Shown here: piece after piece, positions 21,853-31,996 of the stretch
Position numbering within the stretch: position 1 is the first letter of the stretch
Layout: the number at the start of each line of letters is the position of its first letter
Source: Synergistales bacterium
GTDB taxonomy: Bacteria; Synergistota; Synergistia; Synergistales; JAFGMB01
NCBI GenBank assembly: GCA_963666205.1
Contig: OY762654.1
Coordinates: forward strand, 608,001-672,000
Length of the DNA: 64,000 bases
Reading direction: 5' to 3'
The notes under the pieces: model-generated
The model's input: only the letters and a program-made list of their open reading frames with translations
The model's database searches: none
What the model was told of the DNA's origin: nothing
Program-made: the position numbers and the translations under genes

Positions 21853-22533
21853 ATGGCAGAGTTAGACCCTGTATCCTGGTTTCAGGGGAAAATTTCCGAT
21901 AGAAATATGAATCGTATAATAAGGCTTACCATGTCCCTTATATGTACAGGTTTTCTGGTAAGAAGGCTAATGGAATATCATTTTTACTATTTCAAACCCC
22001 TGTGGTTTGTCGAAACACTCATATATATTATTCTTATAGCCGCCTTCCTGACAAGGATCGATCCCCAGGTGCGGTCTAAAGGATTTACCGAGATCGTGAT
22101 CCCCCTTGTGGGAAGCGCATTCCCTTTCCTGCTCCTTTTTACACCACCCTCCCCGTGGATCATCGGCGAACCTTTTCTCCTCAGAGGGACATTTGCTGCA
22201 ATGACCGGAACGACGGCCCTTACAATCTGGGCACTTTTCTATCTCCGACGCTCCTTCAGTCTTACTGTAGAGGTCAGGGCTCTGGTAAGGGAAGGTCCCT
22301 ACCGCTGGATAAGACATCCCATGTACCTTGGTGAGATCCTGACTGCCGGTTCTGTCTGTTTCTGGAGATTTTCTCATCAGAACCTGGTCTTTTTTGCTGT
22401 TTTTGTCTCAATTCAATTGTTCAGGGCCAGGATAGAGGAAAAAAAGCTGGCAGAATATCTGGGTAAAGATTACCAGCTCTTTGCCTCTTCCAGATGGTGG
22501 TTTCTGCCCCCAAATGCCCCTGTAGAAAAATAG
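21853..22533 (+). CDS. Isoprenylcysteine carboxyl methyltransferase (ICMT/PEMT)-family membrane protein
   Basis: Multiple TM segments, GPYRWIRHPMYLG and RARIEEKKL motifs. Confidence 0.8.
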   Translation: MAELDPVSWFQGKISDRNMNRIIRLTMSLICTGFLVRRLMEYHFYYFKPLWFVETLIYIILIAAFLTRIDPQVRSKGFTEIVIPLVGSAFPFLLLFTPPSPWIIGEPFLLRGTFAAMTGTTALTIWALFYLRRSFSLTVEVRALVREGPYRWIRHPMYLGEILTAGSVCFWRFSHQNLVFFAVFVSIQLFRARIEEKKLAEYLGKDYQLFASSRWWFLPPNAPVEK

Positions 22534-22555
22534 ACTGCTTCTAAACAGAAAAGAA

Positions 22556-22582
22556 ACAGGAAGGAGAGGACTCTCCTTCCTG
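22556..22582. terminator. Hairpin terminator between convergent genes
   Basis: ACAGGAAGGAGA...TCTCCTTCCTGT inverted repeat. Confidence 0.65.
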
Positions 22583-22586
22583 TCAG

Positions 22587-23189
22587 TTAACCATTATAAA
22601 GTTCTTCCTGATGTTCAGTCCAATACTGAAGATTGACCTTTTCCTGGGCTTTCGAAAGATTAGAACCATATAGCCTCGTTCCTGGGCCTATCCGGGGAAG
22701 TCCTCCTTCATTTTTCCCCATTGACGGGGGAATCTTTTCTTTCCCGTTTTTCCTCTCTATTCCTCTATCCGGATTTGAATTTTGTGGAGACATATTTTTC
22801 CGGGAACGTGATATAGCAGAAACCGTCTTTGAAAGTCCATTATTCAAAGGTTTTATTTTCCCGGCCATAATGCAATCAAACCTCTCCGGATCACTGAAAA
22901 TATCGAGTATCTCAGCCTGCAAACGTCTTCTTAAGTTCAATGTCTTATCAATAGTCCTTATAACATCCCTGCATATCCCTGACTGCTGGTTCCCTGTACC
23001 ACCTTCTAATGCAGACCAGAATTGGGAAGGCCTGTTCCAAAGATAGGACCTTATGCAGTCCTCGATCATGTCCCTGTTACAACTGCACTTCCATTTTCTC
23101 AAAGAAAAAAGAGTTTCAACAATATTTCCAAAGGAAAGAGCGACATTTTCAATAATAACTGCATAGGCATCATTCGACGTTTTTTTCAT
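22587..23189 (-). CDS. Hypothetical protein
   Basis: 200-aa ORF with AAAGGAGG RBS; no family recognised. Confidence 0.55.
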   Translation of the reverse strand: MKKTSNDAYAVIIENVALSFGNIVETLFSLRKWKCSCNRDMIEDCIRSYLWNRPSQFWSALEGGTGNQQSGICRDVIRTIDKTLNLRRRLQAEILDIFSDPERFDCIMAGKIKPLNNGLSKTVSAISRSRKNMSPQNSNPDRGIERKNGKEKIPPSMGKNEGGLPRIGPGTRLYGSNLSKAQEKVNLQYWTEHQEELYNG

Positions 23190-23369
23190 GGGAATTCAAT
23201 TCCTCCTTTGTTGAGCGGCCAGATGAAATTGTATAGAAAAATGAAAAGGCGGCGAGTACGACATAACTTAAACAGAAAAAGGGAAAAGACAGGACCGGAA
23301 TCCGGGGTCAGCCCCGTGATAGTTGAATACGGGAATATGGGAAAAGTTCAGCTGTCAAGGTACTTGTTA

Positions 23370-23416
23370 TACCCCTTCTCTGCCAGTGCATTTAAAAAGC
23401 AGGCAGAGAAGGGGTA
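23370..23416 (-). terminator. Stem-loop downstream of C25 peptidase gene
   Basis: TACCCCTTCTCTGCC...GGCAGAGAAGGGGTA inverted repeat. Confidence 0.6.
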
Positions 23417-23430
23417 AATTCTGAAACTGA

Positions 23431-25677
23431 TCACTTCTTTATAGACGATGACGGGATAAGGAGACCGGCAAGAGGGATCAGCAGCAGAATAGCTCCCCAA
23501 GGAAGAGAAGAAGCATTGCATCCACCTCCACCGCCTCCTCCACTTGCAGTTGTTGTCGATGTGGTAGTTGTTGTACTGGAAGAAGGAAGAGCGAAAAAGT
23601 CCTGGTTACTGACATTGGTTCCTTCAACTGTAACACTTGAAGATGAAGGGTTAAAAACATAATTTGACTTGCTTACCGAGATAGTATAATCACCTTCAGG
23701 AACTTCCAGGCTATAGCTTCCCGTAGAGGAAGTGTATGTCTGTCTTGTCAGGAAATTTCCGCTAGCAGTAACTGTAACTCCGGAAAGTACTCCATCTTCT
23801 GTCGTAATCCTTCCGGAAAGCAGATACTGTTCTGTTGATGACGAAGCTCCCAGGCTGACAGAAGGATCACCATAGAGATTAAAGTCGGTAAAGTTCATCC
23901 ACCAGGTTGAGGTGGGGTATCTTCCCTGTTTAACAAGAAAAAGGGCAGTTCCAAAATCTTCCTCATACTCTATTATCCTTTTGGAAAAATCATAGGTCAT
24001 CCCTGCGCTGGTAACACTTCCGGAGAATGATGTCTGGCCAGGAGAGTACCACGAATACCTGGTTGCACCTATAGAGGCAATGGCACCATTTTTTAAAAGC
24101 GAATATGAAAGATTATTGGAGGTCTCGGGATGGGCATTCATACATGACCCCTGAAAGACCACTGCGGGATGGCTATTATCGAGGGTGGCCACATGTGAAA
24201 GATCCATTACATCACTTGCTGTTGTATACCAGCCATGGGTCCACCATAACACCGCTCCGAAATTGCTCTGGTTCCAGCTATTCGTAACATTGGTAGTAGT
24301 ACAGGGAGTTTTTTCTGGAGAAACTCCATAATTCTCGTCATAGACCCTGGTATAACCCCATCCTGCAGGGAGTATGTCATTTTTTACAGCTTCACCGAGG
24401 TGATATCCCGGAGTACGGTCATCACTGGGTTTCATTGGTAAAAGGACATTTTCTCTCCAGCCCGATTCATCCTGAGCCGTATTCTCGTAAGTCATGATCT
24501 TGAGAAGAATTGAATCCAGGTCGGAAATGCTGCCATAGTAAGGAATCCGGCCTATAAAGACTTCCCAGTTAGTATCAATCCCGCCGGTAACCATATCATG
24601 ATCACCCTCGCCATATCTACCATCCCCATCTTTGTCCCAGTTACCTGTAAGATCAGCGTAGTAAAGATCGGAAGGTGACTGCCTGTATCCATCTTCTGTG
24701 TAGGAGGAAGCATTATTCCTTGGCCACAGCATCTTCATGGGAACATCTCCCGTGGATGGATCAGGGTTGCCAAGCAGGAGGACGTACTTCAGGCTTCTGG
24801 ACTGATAGTTGTTTTTCAGCCATGTTCTTATCCTTTCAGCAGCAGTATTACCAGTTCCTCCGCCCCAGCCGGATTCAGTAACAAGTTGAACCGAAAACCC
24901 TCTTGAAGTTTTCCATTCCATAAAGTTTGAAAGCTGGCTTGAGGAATTCACAATGTTTGAAGTGGTAATGATGGCATAACCAGTACCAGCCTGGGGTTCT
25001 GATGAAGAAGACAGGGAAGATGGACCATCGGGAAAGTTAATTACCGATTTTTTGACAATCGATTCGGTAATGCTGTCCATACCGGATGAAGACAATACCT
25101 CTCCACTGCTTTCATAGTTAACTACAATTTCGGCTTCCCTGAGTTTAAACAGATTTCCCTGAACAGGATTGTACCTGTAAACTGCAATGGGAACATCAAT
25201 TACATTTTCCCCTCTAATCTGTCCAGTCCGGATCCCATATATATGTTCAGCAGGGAAGACCTCATCCTTTGTATAGACAGCCATGTCACGGCCTTCTATC
25301 AGGTTTCTGTCTTCGGGCCAGAGATGAACATCCTCTTCTCCATTCCACGTTGCGGCAGGAGATACAGGACTGATATCAAAAGGACCGGTAATAAGCTCTT
25401 CTTCGACATTTTCAAGAGAAATTGAAATACTTTCAGGAACTGTTCCACGGGGAAGGAGAATCTTATAATTTACGTAGGGAATTGAAGGTTCTCCCGTTGC
25501 TGAGAGGAACTGAAATTCAGACCCGGAAAAGGTTATGACATTGCTATAGTCTGCTTCGTCTATAACTTCTACTGGCGGTAAGGGTACAGTGAAAACTTCT
25601 GCAAAAGCGATCGAAATACTTAAAATGCTCAATAGTACGGTGAAAAAGACAATAATTACCCGGTCAGATATTTTCAT
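23431..25677 (-). CDS. Peptidase C25 (gingipain-like) cysteine protease with propeptide, C-terminal beta-sandwich, Thr linker and Synergist-CTERM-like anchor
   Basis: Signal peptide; GEPSIP propeptide; YAIIT, YVLLLG, SDLYYADL, FIGRIP, WTHG (His), GSC (Cys), FNLYGDP; tail GGGGGCN-hydrophobic-KK. Confidence 0.85.
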   Translation of the reverse strand: MKISDRVIIVFFTVLLSILSISIAFAEVFTVPLPPVEVIDEADYSNVITFSGSEFQFLSATGEPSIPYVNYKILLPRGTVPESISISLENVEEELITGPFDISPVSPAATWNGEEDVHLWPEDRNLIEGRDMAVYTKDEVFPAEHIYGIRTGQIRGENVIDVPIAVYRYNPVQGNLFKLREAEIVVNYESSGEVLSSSGMDSITESIVKKSVINFPDGPSSLSSSSEPQAGTGYAIITTSNIVNSSSQLSNFMEWKTSRGFSVQLVTESGWGGGTGNTAAERIRTWLKNNYQSRSLKYVLLLGNPDPSTGDVPMKMLWPRNNASSYTEDGYRQSPSDLYYADLTGNWDKDGDGRYGEGDHDMVTGGIDTNWEVFIGRIPYYGSISDLDSILLKIMTYENTAQDESGWRENVLLPMKPSDDRTPGYHLGEAVKNDILPAGWGYTRVYDENYGVSPEKTPCTTTNVTNSWNQSNFGAVLWWTHGWYTTASDVMDLSHVATLDNSHPAVVFQGSCMNAHPETSNNLSYSLLKNGAIASIGATRYSWYSPGQTSFSGSVTSAGMTYDFSKRIIEYEEDFGTALFLVKQGRYPTSTWWMNFTDFNLYGDPSVSLGASSSTEQYLLSGRITTEDGVLSGVTVTASGNFLTRQTYTSSTGSYSLEVPEGDYTISVSKSNYVFNPSSSSVTVEGTNVSNQDFFALPSSSTTTTTSTTTASGGGGGGGCNASSLPWGAILLLIPLAGLLIPSSSIKK

Positions 25678-25756
25678 GTTATAGCACCTCCACTCAGACT
25701 TAAGAACACCCCAGGGGTATACCCGGAGGTGTTAATCCAAACAGAGGTGCCGCAAC

Positions 25757-25838
25757 TTCGGCGACCCGGCTGTCATGGCCTTCCGGCTTTAGACCCGTGG
25801 TTTTGCGTCACCGCCTTTCAGCGGTTTTGCCTTTTCGG
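25757..25838 (-). ncRNA. c-di-GMP-I (GEMM-I) riboswitch #1
   Basis: Minus strand CGAAAAGGCAAAACCGCT-GAAA-GGCGGTGACGCAAAACCACGGGTCTAAAG...ATGACAGCCGGGTCGCCGAA; about 80 nt upstream of the C25 start codon. Confidence 0.92.
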
Positions 25839-26319
25839 CTACTTTTGCTTTCAGAAGTTCCCGTAAAAATTCACTATTTCAAATTAAAAAAGCAGATGCT
25901 CAGGTTTAGATAAAGTAGCGGATCCGGGAATGTCGAAAAGATTAAAAGAAACCGAATAGAATGATCTGACTCTGAAATTCTCGCTTCATTGTTTGTTAAA
26001 TAGATTATGATACGTCAGGTACAGTTATTATTCGACAGTAAATGATAATTGAATTTCAGGAGCACCCGCATAAAATGTTGCATCCTGAAAAAGAAGCAGA
26101 TGCTCAGCCTTGTCAATAAAAAGGTGTCAGGTACAAAGATAGTTCAGGACTTTTCCGCTTAAATCCCTGCTTGAAATTAAGGCTGAAAATAGTGAGGTGC
26201 AAAATTCCGGAATATGATCATAAAGGAGAAGAAGGACAATGAAAGGAATAGTTAAAATGCAAAAATAGAAAGAACTGGAAATTTGGAGCATCTGCAAACT
26301 TGTTTAAAAATCAAGGTTC

Positions 26320-26356
26320 AAAAAAAAGTGCCCTTGGAAAACCTCCAAAGGCACTT
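26320..26356 (-). terminator. Intrinsic terminator (expression platform of riboswitch #2)
   Basis: AAGTGCCTTTGGA-GGTTT-TCCAAGGGCACTTTTTTTT on the minus strand, about 20 nt downstream of the aptamer. Confidence 0.82.
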
Positions 26357-26378
26357 GACATGACCAGGTAATTACCTT

Positions 26379-26463
26379 TTCGGCGACCCGGCTGTCATGG
26401 CCCTTTGGGGGCTGTAGACCCGTAGCTTTGCGCCGCCACCTTTCGGTGACTTTGCCTTTCTCG
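26379..26463 (-). ncRNA. c-di-GMP-I (GEMM-I) riboswitch #2
   Basis: GAGAAAGGCAAAGTCACC-GAAA-GGTGGCGGCGCAAAGCTACGGGTCTACAG...ATGACAGCCGGGTCGCCGAA. Confidence 0.92.
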
Positions 26464-26489
26464 ACGCTCACAAACTCTAGCGCATTCAA

Positions 26490-26518
26490 AAGATATAACA
26501 GAACGATCCTTTTGTCAA
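26490..26518 (-). promoter_or_regulatory. Sigma70-type promoter driving the riboswitch #2 leader
   Basis: TTGACA-17 nt-TATCTT on the minus strand. Confidence 0.65.
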
Positions 26519-26567
26519 GACTTCAATGTAAAAAAAGTACAACAATATCTATTTTTCTTCTTTTGAC

Positions 26568-26598
26568 AAAAAAAGAGAGGGGACAAAGTCCCCTCTCC
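26568..26598 (-). terminator. Rho-independent terminator after Cys-rich protein 1
   Basis: GAGAGGGGAC-TTT-GTCCCCTCTC followed by a T-tract. Confidence 0.8.
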
Positions 26599-26615
26599 AT
26601 ATAGATTAAACTAAC

Positions 26616-28532
26616 CTAGAACCTTCTGAACCAGAGTGCTCCAAGAGGTGCAAGAAGCAGGAGTACTGCTGCTCCGGTTCCTACGTTACATCCGCCGCCG
26701 CTTGAAGAAACTGGACCGTTTGTTCCACTGTCGTCGTCATCGTCATCGTCTCCGCCAGGTGCAGGAGCTTCGGTCGGGAAATCTGCAGGATCGCCTGCTC
26801 CCCAAATTGTTCCAAGAAGTGCTGACGCATCACCCTCATAGGTTGCGCAGACTTCTCCAGTTCCCTCTGCGAGAGAGATCCAGAGCCCCGTATCTTCGTC
26901 GAAGAGGAATATTCCGAAGTCGCCATTTGAAACATCCTCCATGCAGATGACGATCTTGCAGATACCTTCACCATCAGCAGGAACGAACTTGGGTTCGAAG
27001 AATAGATCGCCACTGGTACATGGGTCGGGGCATTCTGCCTCTACGATATCTGCCGTCACACATTCTGTCGGATCACAGGCATACGTCTTGACTTTATATA
27101 CGACAGAACCAAAGTTTCCCTCCATGTACTGAGGCAGATACCAGCCAAGTGCAAAGGTATCCCCTTCAAGGGCACAGAGTTCTCCAGAATTGCAGTCGTC
27201 TGCACAGGCTCCGCTGAGTGCAAGCTCCAGGGAGCAGTCGCACTCTTCATCTCCACATGCTGGAGTATCGCAATTCTCGTTGAAGGTTGTATCAAGGGGT
27301 TCCCAGACACAATCTTCATCGCATTCATCAACCTCAACCATTTTCCAGATGCCCCACTCCGCATCAGCATCGCAGGGACAGCAGACTGGAAATTCGAGGT
27401 TGATGCCGCTGATGTTATCGCAGTTGAGAAGATCCATAGTGAAATACCTTACGAACTGGTAAGTGGCATCGCAGCAAGGCTCACAGGCATCGTCGTCATC
27501 ATCATCGCATTCCACGTGGCATGTCTTCCAGAGGACAACGTCGCCAGGCTCTTCGCACTCATCACAGTTGATGACTTCATAGTCATACCATTTGTACCTG
27601 GTGAGGAAGGTGGTTTCTCCGGCCCTGTAGTAATCCTTCCAGCATTTCAGGCAGTCAGAATCACGGACTTTAAGTTTTCTGCCACCATAGATAACTTCAG
27701 AGAAAGTCGGCCTGGTTGCCTCGTCATTTTCCCTGGTGAATTCGAGATCCGGGTGGAACCAGCTGCACAGGATCTCCTTGTCACAGCCATCACAATCATC
27801 GTCGTCATCGCACTGGCTGTCGCCGAGAACACAAGGACCACAATCATCGTCGTCATCATCAAGTACACAGACGGTGTCCTCATAAGTGCAGTAAAGAACC
27901 TCTACATCACAGGGTATACAATAAGGATAAGGAGCAGTATCGAAGTACTCATCCCACTTATCCTCGTCGAAGCACCTTTCCTCATCTGCATCTCTGTTGT
28001 AGCACATGTAATCAATGTATTCGCAACCGGGTTCAATGGTTACCTTGGTCACGAAATCCGCCCATGAGAACTTGTCGTAATAGCTGCTATCCCAGCTATC
28101 CAGGGGGTTCCAGCAGCTCTGCCAGTCGAGGTCAGTATCGAATATAAGACTGAAGGCAGCGATGTCATCTCCACAACACCTGTCTTTATCGTCTCTTTTA
28201 ATTACTCCCTGATGGCGTGGAACCTCACAGCACATGCAGTTGTACCATTCGCATCTCTGATCCTTGAACATCTCATCGCCTGGCTCCCAACACTCACAGT
28301 ATCTGGACTGAATAAAATCCCAATCCTGAGCACAGGGAAATTCGTTAGTCTGCTGACAGGCATCAACATTCTTTACGAATTCCACAAGCCACCTTGTGCC
28401 GTTGATCTCCTTGTCATATGTCTGTGTAGGATTCGTATACACTATCTGGGGGGTTAATTCTTCTGCAAGAACAACTCCACCAAGAACGAAAACCATACAT
28501 ATGGCAAGAGCAAAACACATAAGTTTCTTCAT
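26616..28532 (-). CDS. Secreted Cys-rich/Asp-rich surface protein with Synergist-CTERM sorting domain
   Basis: Signal peptide (MKKLMCFALA...VLA), about 55 Cys, poly-Asp runs, tail SSSGGGCNVGTGAAVLLLLAPLGALWFRRF. Confidence 0.85.
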   Translation of the reverse strand: MKKLMCFALAICMVFVLGGVVLAEELTPQIVYTNPTQTYDKEINGTRWLVEFVKNVDACQQTNEFPCAQDWDFIQSRYCECWEPGDEMFKDQRCEWYNCMCCEVPRHQGVIKRDDKDRCCGDDIAAFSLIFDTDLDWQSCWNPLDSWDSSYYDKFSWADFVTKVTIEPGCEYIDYMCYNRDADEERCFDEDKWDEYFDTAPYPYCIPCDVEVLYCTYEDTVCVLDDDDDDCGPCVLGDSQCDDDDDCDGCDKEILCSWFHPDLEFTRENDEATRPTFSEVIYGGRKLKVRDSDCLKCWKDYYRAGETTFLTRYKWYDYEVINCDECEEPGDVVLWKTCHVECDDDDDDACEPCCDATYQFVRYFTMDLLNCDNISGINLEFPVCCPCDADAEWGIWKMVEVDECDEDCVWEPLDTTFNENCDTPACGDEECDCSLELALSGACADDCNSGELCALEGDTFALGWYLPQYMEGNFGSVVYKVKTYACDPTECVTADIVEAECPDPCTSGDLFFEPKFVPADGEGICKIVICMEDVSNGDFGIFLFDEDTGLWISLAEGTGEVCATYEGDASALLGTIWGAGDPADFPTEAPAPGGDDDDDDDSGTNGPVSSSGGGCNVGTGAAVLLLLAPLGALWFRRF

Positions 28533-28573
28533 AACGCTTTTACACCTCCCCTAAGGTTTGAAACGCATTTAGG

Positions 28574-28659
28574 TTCGGCAACCCGGCGGTCGTAGTCCCC
28601 CTTTAGAACCTTAGACCCGTGGCTTTGCGCCCCGGCCTTTCGGACGGTTTGCCTTTTCG
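28574..28659 (-). ncRNA. c-di-GMP-I (GEMM-I) riboswitch #3
   Basis: CGAAAAGGCAAACCGTCC-GAAA-GGCCGGGGCGCAAAGCCACGGGTCTAAG...ACGACCGCCGGGTTGCCGAA; ends about 40 nt before the start codon. Confidence 0.9.
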
Positions 28660-28992
28660 TTTTAAGATTCTTTACTCATACTCTCAATATTTTCTGTTTA
28701 TACACCTCCCTCTTTCCCAGGAATTCAAGCGGAAATTAGAACATTGATAAAGCAGCTTTCCCATAACCTCATCTGTTCAACTAAGGTTATCAAAACAAGA
28801 CTACTTTTCTGAAGAGTTCGACTAAAAAGGTGGATCAATGCGTAAAAATAGATGGTTCAGAAATGTGAAAAAGGGGTAAAAGAATTGCAGTTTTAACATA
28901 AAGAAAAGTCATCAACAAGAGGATTAAATTGTAAAAAAAGATATGTAAATGAAAGATTCAATTAATAATCAAATGATATTCAAGTTTTGTTA

Positions 28993-29021
28993 ATAATACT
29001 ATTCTATACTCTAACTGTCAA
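28993..29021 (-). promoter_or_regulatory. Near-consensus sigma70 promoter upstream of Cys-rich protein 1
   Basis: TTGACA-17 nt-TATTAT on the minus strand. Confidence 0.72.
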
Positions 29022-29178
29022 CCGTATTAACTTATCGAATAGTCATCTGTTTTTCTATTTTTTCTGGCTTTATATTAATTATAAACCCAGGCATGTAATT
29101 AGCATAGTCCTTATGGATGATTCTATATGATTATCCTGGACTATGCAACATGAGTCTTAAGGCCCATCAGGCTAATAC

Positions 29179-29214
29179 AAAATAACCAGGGGGTATTTTA
29201 TCCCCCTGGTTATT
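29179..29214 (-). terminator. Rho-independent terminator after Cys-rich protein 2
   Basis: AATAACCAGGGGG...CCCCCTGGTTATTTT. Confidence 0.78.
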
Positions 29215-29261
29215 GACAACTTCATATGATTCATTGAAAAGTCAAGCTTCTGATTTCAGAA

Positions 29262-30725
<1,464 letters not shown>

Positions 30726-30758
30726 TTGATATACCTCCCCTATAACTTGAGCAATAGG

Positions 30759-30842
30759 TTCGGCAGCCCGGCTGTCATGGCTCTTATAAAGCGTTAGACC
30801 CGTGGCTTTGCGCCCCGGTCTTTTGACCGGTTTGCCTTTTCG
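30759..30842 (-). ncRNA. c-di-GMP-I (GEMM-I) riboswitch #4 (AAAA loop variant)
   Basis: CGAAAAGGCAAACCGGTC-AAAA-GACCGGGGCGCAAAGCCACGGGTCTAACG...ATGACAGCCGGGCTGCCGAA. Confidence 0.88.
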
Positions 30843-31120
30843 TTCAAACAAAAAATATCTTCAAAGAACGAACATCATACGACAGTGCAAGATTCACATG
30901 GTCAGTGGTACTACAACTGCTCCCTCCTTCCCTCTTCGGGTATTTAAGCGGAATCCTCAAAAATGAGGAAATTAAGACTTTAGTAATTTATCAGCTTTGA
31001 ATTCGAAATAAGGACTTAAAGTAATTTAAAAGATCAAAAAAAGATACATGACCAGGATGGATGGAAAAATCACAGGAGTATAGATCAGAAACATCGCGTT
31101 CTTTCACATGTAAAGAAATA

Positions 31121-31149
31121 ATACTATTATCCACCTGATCACTTGTCAA
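31121..31149 (-). promoter_or_regulatory. Sigma70-type promoter upstream of Cys-rich protein 2
   Basis: TTGACA-17 nt-TAGTAT on the minus strand. Confidence 0.65.
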
Positions 31150-31383
31150 GCGCTTTAAAGCATTGCACTGAAGAATAGAATCTCCAAGATGCTACACTTA
31201 ATAACAATTTAGCACCTTGTAGAATAATCTGGTGAGTTTGATAGACCATACTATAGGGATTTTTGTACTATTTCCATAGTAACTTGAGAACTATCGTGAT
31301 AATGAAACATGAGAGTTTGTACCTGTTAATATTTAACAATATCTCTGGAAGGCAACTCTTGAGAGGATAGCATTACCTGGCTG

Positions 31384-31965
31384 TTATACGAAATTTCCCT
31401 CAGAGCGGACGATCCCTTCTTTTAATGCGGTCAGTGCGATTTCTGGTTTGGATGTCGAAAATGCCACTTCATTAAACAGGTCTGACTTCATTTGACACAC
31501 TACCTTCGGTTTCCCGGGAACAGAGTAAGACAGACGCATCCCTTCTTCGATGGAGGTAAGAGTAATTCCCCAGCCTTTAACAGATCCTTTGATCCCATCA
31601 GAAGGGATATATGCTTGTTTTATATCTCCCCATGGGGTTTCATAATGAAGTATCCCGAAACGGAGGAAAAGACCCCATAAGGTTATTTTGACTTTTAAGA
31701 CACTGAAATTAACTGCTATAGCGAGCATAAGGAAAAATGGTAAAAGCATATCCTGCCCCTTAATTGGAAGGTACATATCAGCATCAAATCTTTCAGCAAG
31801 AAAAAGGAACAGGAAAGCAATGGCAAGAAACATAAAGGTAATATTACGGCTGAATATCCGCTCTTCATATATCACTCTGTCCTGGGTGGGCAAATCAGTA
31901 CGCATCTGTTTTCTGCCCATTCGAATTAACTGGCTCAGCTTTCTGAGAAACGGCATTTGAAACAT
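31384..31965 (-). CDS. Hypothetical membrane protein (two TM segments plus a possible PH-like soluble domain)
   Basis: Two hydrophobic helices followed by TPWGDIK...KGWGI. Confidence 0.6.
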   Translation of the reverse strand: MFQMPFLRKLSQLIRMGRKQMRTDLPTQDRVIYEERIFSRNITFMFLAIAFLFLFLAERFDADMYLPIKGQDMLLPFFLMLAIAVNFSVLKVKITLWGLFLRFGILHYETPWGDIKQAYIPSDGIKGSVKGWGITLTSIEEGMRLSYSVPGKPKVVCQMKSDLFNEVAFSTSKPEIALTALKEGIVRSEGNFV

Positions 31966-31996
31966 GCTTACAACTCCCTGGAAATAAGGGTGATCA

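Noticed and set aside
25890-26295. Repeats considered as a CRISPR array
   Set aside because: They are too short (10-14 bp), spaced about 200 bp apart and in mixed orientation, and there are no cas genes.
26304-26489. 61-aa ORF, and the similar N-terminal extension 30726-30851 containing RKATGL...HDSR
   Set aside because: The shared 'peptide' is simply the translated riboswitch consensus, not a protein family.
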